DNA of 35,215 nt from Spirogloea muscicola. Lineage: Eukaryota. Shown here piece by piece: positions 22,121 to 34,068 of the stretch. Numbering within the stretch: position 1 is the stretch's first letter; every line of letters starts with the position of its first letter. A program made the translations under genes and the position numbers. The DNA lies in the NCBI GenBank assembly GCA_009602725.1, contig WELB01000008.1:748193-783407 (forward strand), read 5' to 3'. Below the pieces are notes generated by a model. The model had not been told where the DNA came from and ran no database searches. It saw only the letters and a program-made list of their open reading frames with translations.

Positions 22121-25100
22121 ATAATACGGAGACCTAATCTAAGGTACCTAAGATGACATTAGTACCCACGGGTGAGCACAAACAAATCTGACAAGCTAAC
22201 TTGGGGAGCTGGAGCGCCGCCACGAAAGCCGGAGGCCTGATTTAGAGCGCGCCCTGCACGTTGATGAAGAGCCAATGCTTGCGAGCGCTGCAAACTAAGC
22301 GAGAGCCGCATTCTATAATATGCAACTAAGGCCTGCGGAATGCTGGAGTGGCCCAAGCTGCCCCCCCGACTTCGACGACGCGCATCAACCAGCCGGGCCA
22401 GATGCTGGATCAGGGAGAAAGCGGGCGGCCGGAGACGGTGGGGCTGGTGGTCGGATGATGGGGGGAGCCCTCGTCAGCCGATGATGGGGGAAAGCCCGTT
22501 GGTTCGTTCGGAAGCCCAGGCGGTGGATGATGGGTGGCCGCTTTTGGTCGGAGAAGAATCCACGGGGGCGGCGGATCCGTGCCCGCCGGCGCCGGGCGCG
22601 GAGGCGGGACACAGGCGCCGCGAGCGGGTGGCGGCGCTGGGCGGAGCCGGGCTCTGCCGGTGCCACCTCCCCAGTGGGGCCGGTTGACACTCGCACCCTT
22701 TTTATCCGTCTGTGGCGGCACGCGCTTCCTCCTGTAGCCTGGCCTTTTGGCCTACATCTCTTTCTAGTACACGGTCTTTTCCTGTAGCACAAGGAAGAAG
22801 TGCTCGCCCATAGAGAGAAGAGGAAGCGCGGCCAGATTGACTGGTGGCTGGGAAAGGCCAGCCCAAAGGAATGGACAAGGACTGAAGGAGCCGGACTACG
22901 GAGAAGAAGGCTCGCGGGGCACATGATCGCGGGGCGCATGAATGGAAGGGAGGCCAGTTCAAGCCAATACATTGTTCAGGTAGAGTCTAGGGTAAACTAA
23001 ACAAGGTTACGTAATATGGAGACCTACACTAAGGTGCCTAAGGTGACATTGTTACCCACAGGTGAGCACAAACAAATCTGACAAGCTGACTTGGGGAGCT
23101 GGAGCGCCGCCACGAAAGCCACGAAAGCCGGAGGCCTGACTTAGGCGCCCTGCACGTTGATGAAGAGCCAATGCTTGCGAGCGCTGCAAACTAAGCGAGA
23201 GCCGCATTCTATAATATGCAGCAAAGGCGTGCGGAATGCTGGAGCCCATGGAGAAGAGAGGCTGGCAAAGCGAGCCCAAAAAGAATGGACAATGTTCAAA
23301 GCCAAAGCAAGAGGTGTAGCACAAGCAGAAAGCTCTTCAAAACCTTGTCCATTCCGTTGGGCTGGCCTCTCACAGCCACCAGTCAATCTGGCCGCGCTTT
23401 CTTGCTGTAGAATACTGGGAGGAATAGCGCTTCCACACTGGGAGGGCCATCCTTCTTTCCTCTGGGCTGGCCTCTCCCAGCTACCGCCCTCTCCTGGAAG
23501 CGTCAATCTCACTTTTCCCCCCTTCTGGTCGTACAGGCTTTCCGTCTCCCTGATTGCGGCTGCTAACTAAAGGTTACTAAGTGCCCACCCTTCGTGGAAG
23601 AGCTCACTTCTCTTCATGGTACTTGCATAGTTGTGTGTCTCAGCGCTGTTCATTCTTTGTGAGCAGAACTTTCTCTCTTTCATGGACCCCGCCCCCTTTA
23701 TGGAAGAGCTCACTTTTCTCGGCCTTTGGCGTTTGGCAGTCGGTGGCTGCTCCTGCATTGGCTTGCACGGCTGCCCATTGATCGTCGGCATGGACGGCAG
23801 GAAGAGTATATGCGCGAGGTGCGCATGAAATGAAAGGGTGGCCAGTCCAAGCAAATACAGTGTTCAGGCAAAAGCTAGTGCAATATGTGGGGCTACATGA
23901 AACGGAGCCCTAAGCTAAGGTAATTGGCGATACTGCGTGACCATAGTACCCAGGGTGAGCACACACAAATCCGACTGCAGGCAGGAAATATATGGGTACT
24001 TATTCCGTCCTTGGAGTTGCCCACGATCTTTCTTGATATGCCTCTCTTTTCTATTGCTTCACAGTGTTAAATGCGTGAGACACGCTCGGACAAGTACAGC
24101 CTCATGTTAAGCCCTTGACCCAGATAGAGGAGCTACAAAGGCAAATAGCTGCAGAAAGATTAAGATCAATTTTTGTCCAGTCTTTCTTCTCTTGTTCAAA
24201 AATTGGTTAATTTAGAACTTAATGAAGAAAAATACTTCAGAACGCAAAGATTGATGGGGGCTGCAAAGCAGCTCAAGACTACCCTGGAGTAGCAAACGCG
24301 CCAATCTAAAACCAGGAAGTAGCCAGAATCAGCTAGAACTGGCAACCACCACCCGACCTGCATGCAGTGCAAGGCTGTAGCGTGAGAGCGCTGAGATAAC
24401 ATTGTAGTTGCATGAATGGGAGGCAACAACCGAGGGGGTTGTCTAGGCTCATATGCTTTGTCTTGGCCGTTAATGGTGGCCTGTCACTTGAGGTGAGCCA
24501 AAAGGATGAGCAATTCAGCAGGTGAGCTTCTAGCTAAGCAAAGAGCTCTTTGGCAGGTGATTGTAAGTACAACTGTAAATCATCTGTCCTTCACCATCAT
24601 GAAGCGAGCAAGCTCCCCTAGGTAATCTTATGGGCCATCAGCAAGCACCAAAATTGGCAACACGCAAACAAGCACCCGAGCTGTATTTGCGCGACTGTCA
24701 GCTCTGCCGCCTGCTCAACATCAGCTTGAATGACTGATGCACGCAGTGCTCAAGCCTTTCTATGCCTCCTATTCAGCAAGGTGGGCTTCGTCTGACCACC
24801 CCAAGTGTTTCTGTGAGGGGGACTGAAGCTTGCCAAGGGGAGCGTGGCCCGCACATGCTCAACTGATGAGGCGGATCCAATACAGAGCCATCGCACTCGA
24901 AGAGTATTCTTTCTTGATCCATGTCCATTCTTTGTGGGCCGGACATTCACAGCCCCCCCCCCCTTTGGAAGAGCTCACTTCTTTTGAACCTCTTGACTTT
25001 GCACTTGCTGCTAGAGCTTACTGAGCGCCCAATATGCTGACGTCTTGGAGTCCTGATCCTGCTTTTGGCGCCATCTGCCCTTTCAGACTTTGTACATTCG

Positions 25101-25150
25101 CTTTGGGCTGCCGCTCACAACCATTGCCGTAAATCCGAAGAGCTGTTTCT
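22121..25150. mobile_element. Nest B of CRE-like retroelement fragments between the divergent CYT1 and uL22m genes
   Basis: Minus-strand ORF ends 22159-22356 and 23052-23243 (YYRMRLSLSLQRSQALALHQRAG..VSLSDLFVLTRGY*). Plus-strand LRLLTKGY* at 23554-23580. Relics at ~23944-23975 and ~24360-24400. Terminal motifs near 22801, 23242, 23345, 23460, 23650, 24921 and 25091. Confidence 0.85.
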
Positions 25151-25341
25151 CTTTCTTTTGATCAGCGTACTCAATAACTCGGAGACGTCGATTAGGGTTA
25201 GGTCTAACACTCCTGGCCTTGTGCTTCGCGCCGCCGCCGCCGCCGCCGCCGCTGCCGCCGCTGCCACCGCCGCCGCCGCCGCCACCAGATNNNNNNNNNN
25301 NNNNNNNNNNNNNNNNNNNNNNNNNNNNNNNNNNNNNNNNN

Positions 25342-27199
25342 TTGGGGCTCCAGTCGCCGGCGGCGCGCGCGGCCGTCCCGCCGCAGCCGCCGCCGCCGCC
25401 GCCGGGGCCCTCGGCGCGACTGTCGGTGGTGGCAGCGCAACCGAGCCGGGTGAGCTGCTGCTGGCCAGTCGAGGGCTCCGCGAGGGCTTTGGCTTTGTCA
25501 GCCACGGCACTGTCCCGAAACCCCATCGGGGCTGCGCTTGCTCCGGCATTGATGTGAAGCTGCACGCCTGAGTGCTGAGCGTTAGGGTTACGGTTACAAG
25601 GGTTTGGGGTTAGGGTCGCTGCTCTGCGGGTCTCCCTGCCTTTGCACCCACCTGTAAACCCGTCCTTTGACTCCCCACTTGGAGCTTCCCTCCCCTAAAC
25701 CCTACACCCTTGAATTTTTAAACCTACAATCTGTGATGTACTAGGTCCAGAAGGTTAAGGTTCAAGGTTAAGAATAGTCGGGAAGGGGCAGTGAGGGCGC
25801 TTGATGCTTCCTGATGCGCAGTGAGCACCTAGCGCCCTTGAATGCAAGGTCCCACTTGGCCCTGCCCTTGCTGGTACATTGATGCAAATGCAGCCTCGCT
25901 GACCACTTGGCATGCCTTGTTCCGCATGCTAGCAGGGGCTAGGCTCGACATGCAGCGCACTGGCTCCAATTGCACAAGCCCCATCTCTAGGAAGCATGCC
26001 CGCGCCGCTGGTATCACCACTCCTCCAGAGGCCTCGGCCCCTTGTCGGTGAGGGCAGTTTGCAGCCCCGGGAGTCCAGGGCTGTCCTCACACAGATCAAG
26101 ATGGTGAGTTACTTGGTCTCAGTAATTTTCCTGGCAGTGACAAACAATGCACATTTTTATTTGCTGTAATTGCCGCTGCAATGACTCTATCTGGGCTGTG
26201 ATGGGTTGTTGTGGAGATGGGCACACCTTCACGTCAAGTCATGCTTGTTCAGAGCCCCAAGAAGCTGAATCTGGTGGCAACACTGGTAAGGGGCATGCGT
26301 GTCGAGGAGGCCCTCCAACAGCTGGCAGTTTCTCCAAAGCGGGCTGCAAAGACAGTGGCAAAGGTAGTGCAAGTGTACTTGTTTGGGTACATGTAATGGT
26401 ATTTGCTCACCAAGATTGCACAGTGGCTACTTGTGGAGGACTCCCAGCTGCTCGAGTCCCCTGCACGTTGCCGGGGTATCGTCAACGTGGAGATGTGAGC
26501 TGATAATAGCAAGCTTGGCTGGCAGGTGGTCACGGCAGCCAAGGCAAATGGAGCTCAGAATCATGGACTTGATGTCAGCAAGCTTGTTGTGGGTGAGAAA
26601 GCACTTGCACGTCAGTGGCACTATCTTCATGTGCAGGTTGCCATTTCAGCAGTTCGAAGATGTTGCGGTGTGACATCTTATGTAACACCGCAACAACTTT
26701 TATTGATCAAAATCTGGCAGGAGGTGCTCAATATGATTAGCAGCACCTTCGACATTTTCAATAACGTGCTATATCAGTTGCAAGGCCCACATCATGCTAG
26801 GTGGAATACAGTCCAACTGCAAGATCTGGTACAATTACTCATCATTGCCGATGCCTTGTCAGCTGTCAGTAATGTCATGCATCATTCCATTTCTATTTGC
26901 GTTTGTGCAATGCAGCGGAGGCCTTCGTAGGCAAAGGCATATTCCTCAAAAGGATGTCTATCCATGGTCGAGGAAAGGCAGGAGTCAGGACAAGGCCCAA
27001 GTCCATGCTGACAGTACGTCTTCAAGAGATCACACCAGAGCAAGAAGCTCTGCTTGCAAGGAGCAGGGTGCTACATTCATGGCAGCGACGACCACGAGCT
27101 GCCACTCGGTTGTCACCGCACAAACTCGTCAACACCCGCTGGCACTGGAGCCGGGAAGCTGCAGCCAAGAGAAGCGAGGCTAGAAGGACGAAATCCTGA
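25342..27199 (+). CDS. RPL22: Mitochondrial ribosomal protein uL22m; start probably in or near the gap at 25291-25341
   Basis: Exons ~25342-25449, ~25935-26103 (ESRAVLTQIKM), 26253-26363 (SPKKLNLVATLVRGMRVEEALQQL), 26526-26592 (AAKANGAQNHGLD), 26916-27199 (AEAFVGKG..HGRGKAG..LTVRLQEITPEQEA..PHKL). The C-terminal extension resembles plant mitochondrial L22. Confidence 0.9.
25581..25772. promoter_or_regulatory. Degenerate telomere-type repeats / telo-boxes in the first visible uL22m intron
   Basis: GTTAGGGTTACGGTTACAAGGGTTTGGGGTTAGGGT (25581-25616) and CCCTAAACCCTACACCCT (25693-25710). Also ATTAGGGTTAGG upstream at 25191. Confidence 0.5.
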
Positions 27200-27823
27200 G
27201 ATCACGTGTTCCAGAGATTCAAGCAATGTAAGTGATGTAATCTGAGATCTATTACACTTTGTAATCACCATTTTAAAAAATGGGGCATCTAGTCTCTCCC
27301 CTGTGTGTAACTTGCCTGCAATAAGACTGCAGGGCGAAAGGGTTGAAACTCTATTGTGGTGTCCTGTAAACATATTTGGATGGTCATTGACACTGTTCTG
27401 CCAAGCTGCCCGACCATTATGCATGGGGCATAGAAGAGGCAGATTGGGTGGATGAGTTCTTAGTACTGCATTCTGAACTCAGAGGAGTATGACGTATATT
27501 ACGTGGCAATACTGGAGGTCTTGCTCATTCTGCGGGCAGGCTGAATGACAGGCCTCGGGCTGCTCAGTCACAGCTAGCCATTGCCTTATGGAGAGTGGGG
27601 AGGTTGTGCTTGGCTTCTGCACAAGCAGAGATGTGATGGCTGACAACCAGCACTCTTGTGAGCTACTTGGGGACTTTTCTGGTGCTGCTGCCTTTGTTGA
27701 GCTCGTGTACTGCTTGCTTGGAGTGCGCTGGAGATCTGCTGAGGACACCGTAATGGGTGGCCAGGGCATGTTCAAATGCTGACACTCTGATAATGGGCAC
27801 CATCTAACAGGGGTAGGTCAATT

Positions 27824-30367
27824 TCACATTCCCATGTCTTGACCACCATTACTGTAATCTGATGCTGCACTCCGCTGTACACGCTGTGTGATCATGAGCT
27901 GCGCCACAGCCACCGCGTCTGCAGAACCTGTCATTGAAACTTTTCTGCACCATGGATACATATTAGGAAAGTTGATAAGCAGCAACATCATCAATGTAGT
28001 TCTTCTACTATGAAGTCCAAGATGCAGTGCACCAAGAGCATCGAAAATGGACAACGATACAGCAAGACTGATCACTAATTGAGTAATTGACATGTCATGC
28101 AGAGCAGGCCAGTAAGGTTCGACTTGTCAATCACGGTTCGGCGTGCACCTGTTTCTGGTACCTGCTACATAATCTCCTCTGTCTGAGATTTTTATTCTCA
28201 CGCCACTCACCTGCTAGAGCACCAACAATGTCAATCAGAAAATATGCAATGCCACCTTCCTGAATTGCTTATCCTCTGTCAATCGCAGCAGCCAGGTGGT
28301 GTGGCAGGACTTGCATCACACTGCTGTGAAATGGCATGAGAGCAGAGCTGCCACAGACACAGCTTGACAATTCACCTGCTGAATCTCAGTAATGTTCTTC
28401 CCTCCTTTTCCCACAACAGCGCCCATGTGCTCATCTGGCACAGCAACGGTGACTGTTGACGCAACTATGCTCGGCGCCAACGAGGCGTTCTGCAAGTAAG
28501 GGATAAAAGTATTCATTGGTATCTGTTGCCTATATGCTGCATAGAGAAGACAAGTATATTAATAAGAACAGATCACTCTGACCAAGTGACGGAGGCAAGC
28601 AGTGTCTTGAAATGCATGCTGACCGCGAGTGCAACACATAGTAGCCACTGTCAGAAGCCCTGAGGACGAGTAGCTATCAGGATATGAACACACCTCAAAG
28701 GTTAGCTTGCTGCGTGGTATTGGAGCTTGCACAGCCCCAGGCATTGACCCTATACCATAGCTACCTATGGAAGGTACAGCTGCAGCACAGAGAGGATCAG
28801 GAAAAGAGCTATGTCAGATCATTCAAACGTGCAATGCAACAATAAGCATTGATGCTCTACTGTACTTCCATGCTCTACTTACAAATCCAGCTCCAAATGC
28901 GAGGTGAAATAGACCACACTTAGAAATCTGGATCACTACCATAGGGCATCAGCTCAGATGAGTGCTTACTGGGGTAGGACAGTGGTAGGTTGCCAGATAC
29001 AGCATAGTTGGGATCTTCTGAAAGTTTAGTGACTATAAGAGCAACTGCCCGTAGTTGTTGCTCAAGGGAGCCATTGATTGTGACCACTCGATCTGTGACC
29101 CCTGGAGGATTCTGGTCAGGAGATGACAGCTTGATATTCGAGCCAGAATCCTCGACAAATGACCTGCAACAATGAGAGACAACAGGATTAACACGGCAAA
29201 ATCTTGGATCCTTTTCTCCTCAATCTCCCCCCCCCAATACCAGCAGCTTGTGCTCATGTGGAAGGTAGGGGCTTCGAGATATAACTGAGGTCTCAGGCTA
29301 GGCACCAGAGAGGTGATGCAAGTTTCATCCAACCAACAGACACAGCAACATGGATAATTACATGGACTTAGCACCAGAACTGCATGTAAGCCTGCACTAT
29401 GCGTGACTCTACCAACAGCTCACTTTATTGTGGAGCCTCCTTTACCAATAATGGCTCCGCACACAGCATGCGGGACAACAAGCCGGACATTGTGTCGAGG
29501 TCTGCTATCCTCTGCTCGAAGATCTTCAGCCGCTTCCTGCACCGAAGAATGACAAGGAAGCATGTCTAAATCAGCAGCAACACGGGTAGAATTTAGTTGC
29601 GAACAAAATTATGGTGAAACATGCAACAACAGAGCAGGGTCGTCTGTGCTACTTATATTGAGTGGATGCAAGGGACGCTGTACAATCAGGTCTAAGAAGG
29701 GAGGGCGTACCTCCGCAGTGATCTTGGAGAGAATGAGGTGCAGGGCCGTGAGGATCGCGCTGACGGTGCCGCTAAGTAGGATTAGGCGGTCCTGAGTGCC
29801 CGGGAAGAAGTCCCGGGCGCGCGAGAGCTGTATGCGAGCTCCCGACTGGGCCTGGAACTCCGAGATCGTGGCGCCGCCCTTGCCGATGACCGACCCCGCG
29901 GCGGCGTTGGACACAAGGAAGCGGACGGCGGACGAGATCTCACTGACATCATCTGGGGCGGCGGATGGCAGGGCGCGGAGAAGAGAGAGGACAGGCGGGC
30001 GGCGTGAGCGGACGGACGATAGTGGGGAGCTGAGGGCGGATGAGGCGGCACGGGGGGAAGGATATGGGGGAGGGCGAGCGAGCGGAGGTGATATGGTGGG
30101 GAAATGGAAGGCCACGAGCAACGCCGTCAGTGAGATTTCGTCTGCGCCGGCCGCCGCTGCCACTGAGGCCCCGGGGCACGGGCCTCTCGGCCTCGTGGAG
30201 AAGCGCTATCGGAGCGGTGGAGCAAGCCGCAAGAGTCGCAGCAGTCACTGCGGGCCCCGCAGCGCGCGCGGCTCACCAGGCTCGAGCCCGCCGCCGTGGC
30301 CGCCGCCGCCGCGGTTGTCCGGCCGCTTGGCGGGGCTGGCGCCGTTGCGGTCGAGGTCGAGGTCCAT
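27824..30367 (-). CDS. BTR1: Triple KH-domain RNA-binding protein, BTR1/NOVA-like; 8 exons
   Basis: Exons 30367-30277, 29952-29711, 29536-29424, 29163-28970, 28779-28694, 28489-28376, 28210-28149, 27944-27824. KH1 [42 protein letters not shown]2 [30 protein letters not shown]3 [37 protein letters not shown]. Confidence 0.92.
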
Positions 30368-30593
30368 GGCGCTGCCGCGCTTGCGCAGGCGGAGCGGCGT
30401 CGCGCCGCCCCCGTCGGAGCTGGAGCTGCTGCCACTACGCATTGGCCGACGGNNNNNNNNNNNNNNNNNNNNNNNNNNNNNNNNNNNNNNNNNNNNNNNN
30501 NNNNNNNNNNNNNNNNNNNNNNNNNNNNNNNNNNNNNNNNNNNNNNNNNNNNNNNNNNNNNNNNNNNNNNNNNNNNNNNNNNNNNNNNNNNNN

Positions 30594-33500
30594 CCCTGAC
30601 GCCCCTGAGTGTGCTTCTCCGGCGACAGTGGTGCGGCAGCCGCTACCGCCCGCCGAGCCGTCGTCACCACAGCCGCCGACGTCCCCACCGCCCCCACCTC
30701 CTCCGACGCCGCCTTCCCGATCATCCGCCATCCCGCCTCTCGAGCCGCCCAGCCTTCCACAGTCGGCGCCATCGACGCCCCCCCCATCTCCGCCGCCTCC
30801 ACCCCCGCCGAGCGAGCCGGCTCCACCGCCGTCGCCCTCTCCTCCCTCGCCCGACCCGCCTCGGTGCCAGCTTTGCCAGAGGACCTTCACCACGCGGTCC
30901 GGCCGGTCCAACCACCAGCGAACTTGCGCGGGCAACATCAACCGTGCGGAGCAGGCGCGGAGCGCAGCGGCGGCGGGTGGTCGTCGGGGCAGACCAGGCA
31001 GGCCTCCCGCGCCGTCCCCGCCCACGCCTCACCACTGGCAGTGGCTGGCCGACCTTGACCTGGCCGCAGTTCACCGCCAGGCGGCCCTGCCGCTCCTACG
31101 CCATGTTCCACGCTGGGCACGCCCACACCTCCGCCGCGCGCTCCGCCCGGTGACACAGCGGATCGTCGTGGACCACAGAGACGAGGCGGCGTGGAAGCTG
31201 TTCATCCTCTTCCCCCGGCTGTTGCTCGGGCGGGTCTCTCTCGACAGCCGCAAGCAGGGCCAGCAGCCCCTCTTGGAACGCGTCCAGTTGTTCGAGAGCG
31301 GGCACTGGGAGGAGCTCCTGGCGAGGCACGACGCAGCCGTGGCGGCATCCGAAGCCAACCGTGGTGGTCGAGGGGCAACACACGACCGGGCCGCCAGCGT
31401 CCGCAGGGCTCTTCGCTACGGCCACGCGGGCGAGCTCTCCCGGGCTGTGCAGGCCCTGGACGATGCGATGCTGGCGCCGACCAATGCGGCAACCCGGGCG
31501 GCTCTGGACTCCCTCCACCCCCCGTCCAGCTCCCCCCTGCCACCGTGGTTGGCCGCGTTCGCCCCGCCGGAGGAGGTGGTCTTGGACGCCGACGCCCTCA
31601 TGAAGGCTCTCCAGACCAGCCGTCGCGCAGCCGCCGGCGGCCCCTCCCGCATGCTAACTGAGCACCTGCGGGAGATCTTCCTCGAGGGTGAGGCAACAGA
31701 CTTCAACGCGCTGCTGCAGATCTGCCAGCATATGGCCCGAGACAATGTGCCGGCCAGCATCCGCGGCGTTCTGTGCACCAGCACGCTGCTCGCCCTCGAC
31801 AAGCCGAGCGGGGGAGTCAGGCCCATTGCCATTGGGGAGGTACTGTACCGCCTGGTGAGCCGCGTACTCTGGCAGCAGCATGCGGGGCCGGCGCAGGTGC
31901 ACATGGCACCACACCAGTACGGCGCGGGGCTGCGGAGTGGGGGCGAGGCCGTCGTCCATGGGGTTCGTGCGACCTTGGACCAGCACCCGGGGTGGCTGGT
32001 GCTGGCCGTTGACGTGAAGATTGCCTTCAACACCGTGGAGCGCGCCAGTATCGTGGAGGAGCTCCGGGCATCCTTCCCCTCCCTGGTACCCTTTTTCCGC
32101 TTGGGGTACGGTCAGCCCAGCGACCTCCTCTGGCGGACAGGGGGAGATCAAGTGGAGGTCCTGCAGTCCCAAGCGAGCACGCGGCAAGGGGACCCCCTCG
32201 CCGGCTTCTACTTTGCGCTCGCTCACCACCGGGCTCTGCAGGCAACTGCTGCGGCACACCCAGGAGTCCTACTCCCCTCCTTCGCGGACGACACCACCAT
32301 AGTCGGCCCTCCGGAAGACGTGGCGGCGGCCTTCATCACCTTTGAGCTGCAGCTGGCCACCCTCGGCCTGTCCACCCGGGCGTCAAAGTGCGCGGCTTGG
32401 TCTCCCTGCGGCCTCCCACCCACCCTGACGCTGCCCACCGGCTGCCAGACTCCAGCAGATGGCTCCACCCTGCTGGGGGTCCCCATCGGGGCGCCGTCCT
32501 TCGTGGAGGGGCAGCTGCGAGCCCGCCTTGCGGAGCAACTTCAGCCTGCGGCCCGGCTTCCCGAGCTGGACGACATGCAGCTGTCATTGGCCATGTTGAC
32601 CAGGGCCATAGGGCAGCGGCCCCAGTACTTGACGAGGGCCACTCCGCCGTCCCCAGGGGTGTTGGCGGCGTACGCAGACTTTGATGCAGGCATGGTGGCG
32701 AGCTTGGCGGCCCTGGTCCGCCACCAGGGCTTCCTCCAGTCGCCAGCCGCTATCCACCAGGCGGGGCTACCCCTCAGCCACGGTGGTCTCGGCCTGCGCC
32801 CGCTCGCCCGTTTTTGCCGGGCGGCATACCTCGGCAGCTGGGCGCAGACTGCCGCCTCCGTGGCCCAGCGCTTCATGGTCCACGGCCGGCGTGGACTGGA
32901 GCAAGCGGTGGTGGAGGTCGATATGGGCCCGCTGCCGTTCCAGGTGTCGCTTCGCTCAGCCCACCAGGAGCTGCTCGCGGCGCACCCGGACCTGGCAGGC
33001 CAGGCGGTCTCCTTTGCGCACCTAGCGCACACAGCCGACCTGCGCGTCCAAGCGCGCATCGCGGCCGTGGTCGACAAGGCCGCCTACACCACCGCCGTGC
33101 TGCAGCTCCCCGAGGCCGACTTGCGCGGGCGAGCGAGACTCCACTCAGCCTCCTCCCCGGGGGCAGCGGCGTGGCTCCAGGCCCTCCCCCTCAACGACGC
33201 CCTCACCCTCCCGGACGAGGTATTGCGTAGTGCCGTCCACCGGCTCCTAGGCCTTCCGCCGCCATGTCTCCAGGGTGTGCGTCAATGTGAGTGTGGCGAG
33301 CGCGGGGCCGAGCCTGGAGAGCTGGCTGCTCATGTTCTGCGCTGTTCCCACGGCGGAGAGCGGACAGCGGCCCCCGACCGCCTCCGCGACGCAATGCATG
33401 GCATCCTGTTGGAGGCGGGCTTCTCCGTGGCAGCGGAGCACTCCGGCATCATGCCGGTCCAGGAAAGGGCCGACGGTCTCCACGCCCGGCGTGTAGACCT

Positions 33501-33976
33501 GGTGGCCACCCCACAGGCCGGCGGGCCACCTCTTCTCCTGGACGTGGTGACCACTGATGCCTACGACCACTCACACCCAGCTCAATGTGCCACCAAGGCT
33601 GGGTATGCGGTCGCCTGCGCTGCTCGGGCCAAAGCTCGGGCTGAAGTACGCAGACCATCCGCGGGAAGACGAGTTCTTCCCGTTGGCCATTGATACCCAT
33701 GGGGCGCTGGGCGCTCGGTGGCTCGAGCTGCTCACCCAGCTCGCCCGCCACACCATTGCCCGTCGCTTCCATGGGGAGCCGGTCGACTTTCCTGCAGTCG
33801 GGTCACTGGCGCAAGTGTATCGAATGCGCCTGGCCGTCTCGCTGCAGAGGTCTGTGGCCCGGGCGTTGCACCTTCGTGCCGGCAGAGCCCTCGCTGCTGC
33901 CTCTGGCTCTGGCCAGGGGACCCACTTCAACGAGCCTAGCATCTCCGACCTGCGGCTGCTTAGCAGAGGTTACTGA
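30594..33976 (+). pseudogene. Retrotransposon RT-RLE ORF interrupted by one frameshift at ~33631-33643
   Basis: The frame of ORF 30040..33693 carries the RT and the first half of the RLE. The remainder (LKYADHPREDEFFPLAID..SRGY*) is in the frame of ORF 33557..33976. Confidence 0.85.
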
Positions 33977-34068
33977 GTGATTCTCCTGTAGCTCTTTGGA
34001 TTTTGTCCATTCTTTTTTGGCTGGCTTCTGCCAGCCCCTCTCTTCTATGGGCGAGCTTTTTCTTTCTT
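30594..34068 (+). mobile_element. Near-full-length CRE-clade-like non-LTR retrotransposon (single ORF, RT plus RLE); 5' end in the N gap
   Basis: Pro-rich N-terminus; zinc finger CQLC..H..C (30865-30927); RT motifs LDKPSGGVRPIAIGE, QYG, DVKIAFN, QGDPL, FADD (32281); GGLG thumb; CCHC knuckle CECG..HVLRC (33286-33345); RLE RRVDL..LLDV..K..KY..FFPLAIDTHG; short 3' UTR with stem-loop and T-rich tail. Confidence 0.92.

Noticed and set aside
30040..30593. N-terminal extension of the 1217-aa ORF
   Set aside because: It runs antisense through BTR1 exon 1/intron 1 and across an N gap of estimated length, so the join is an artefact.
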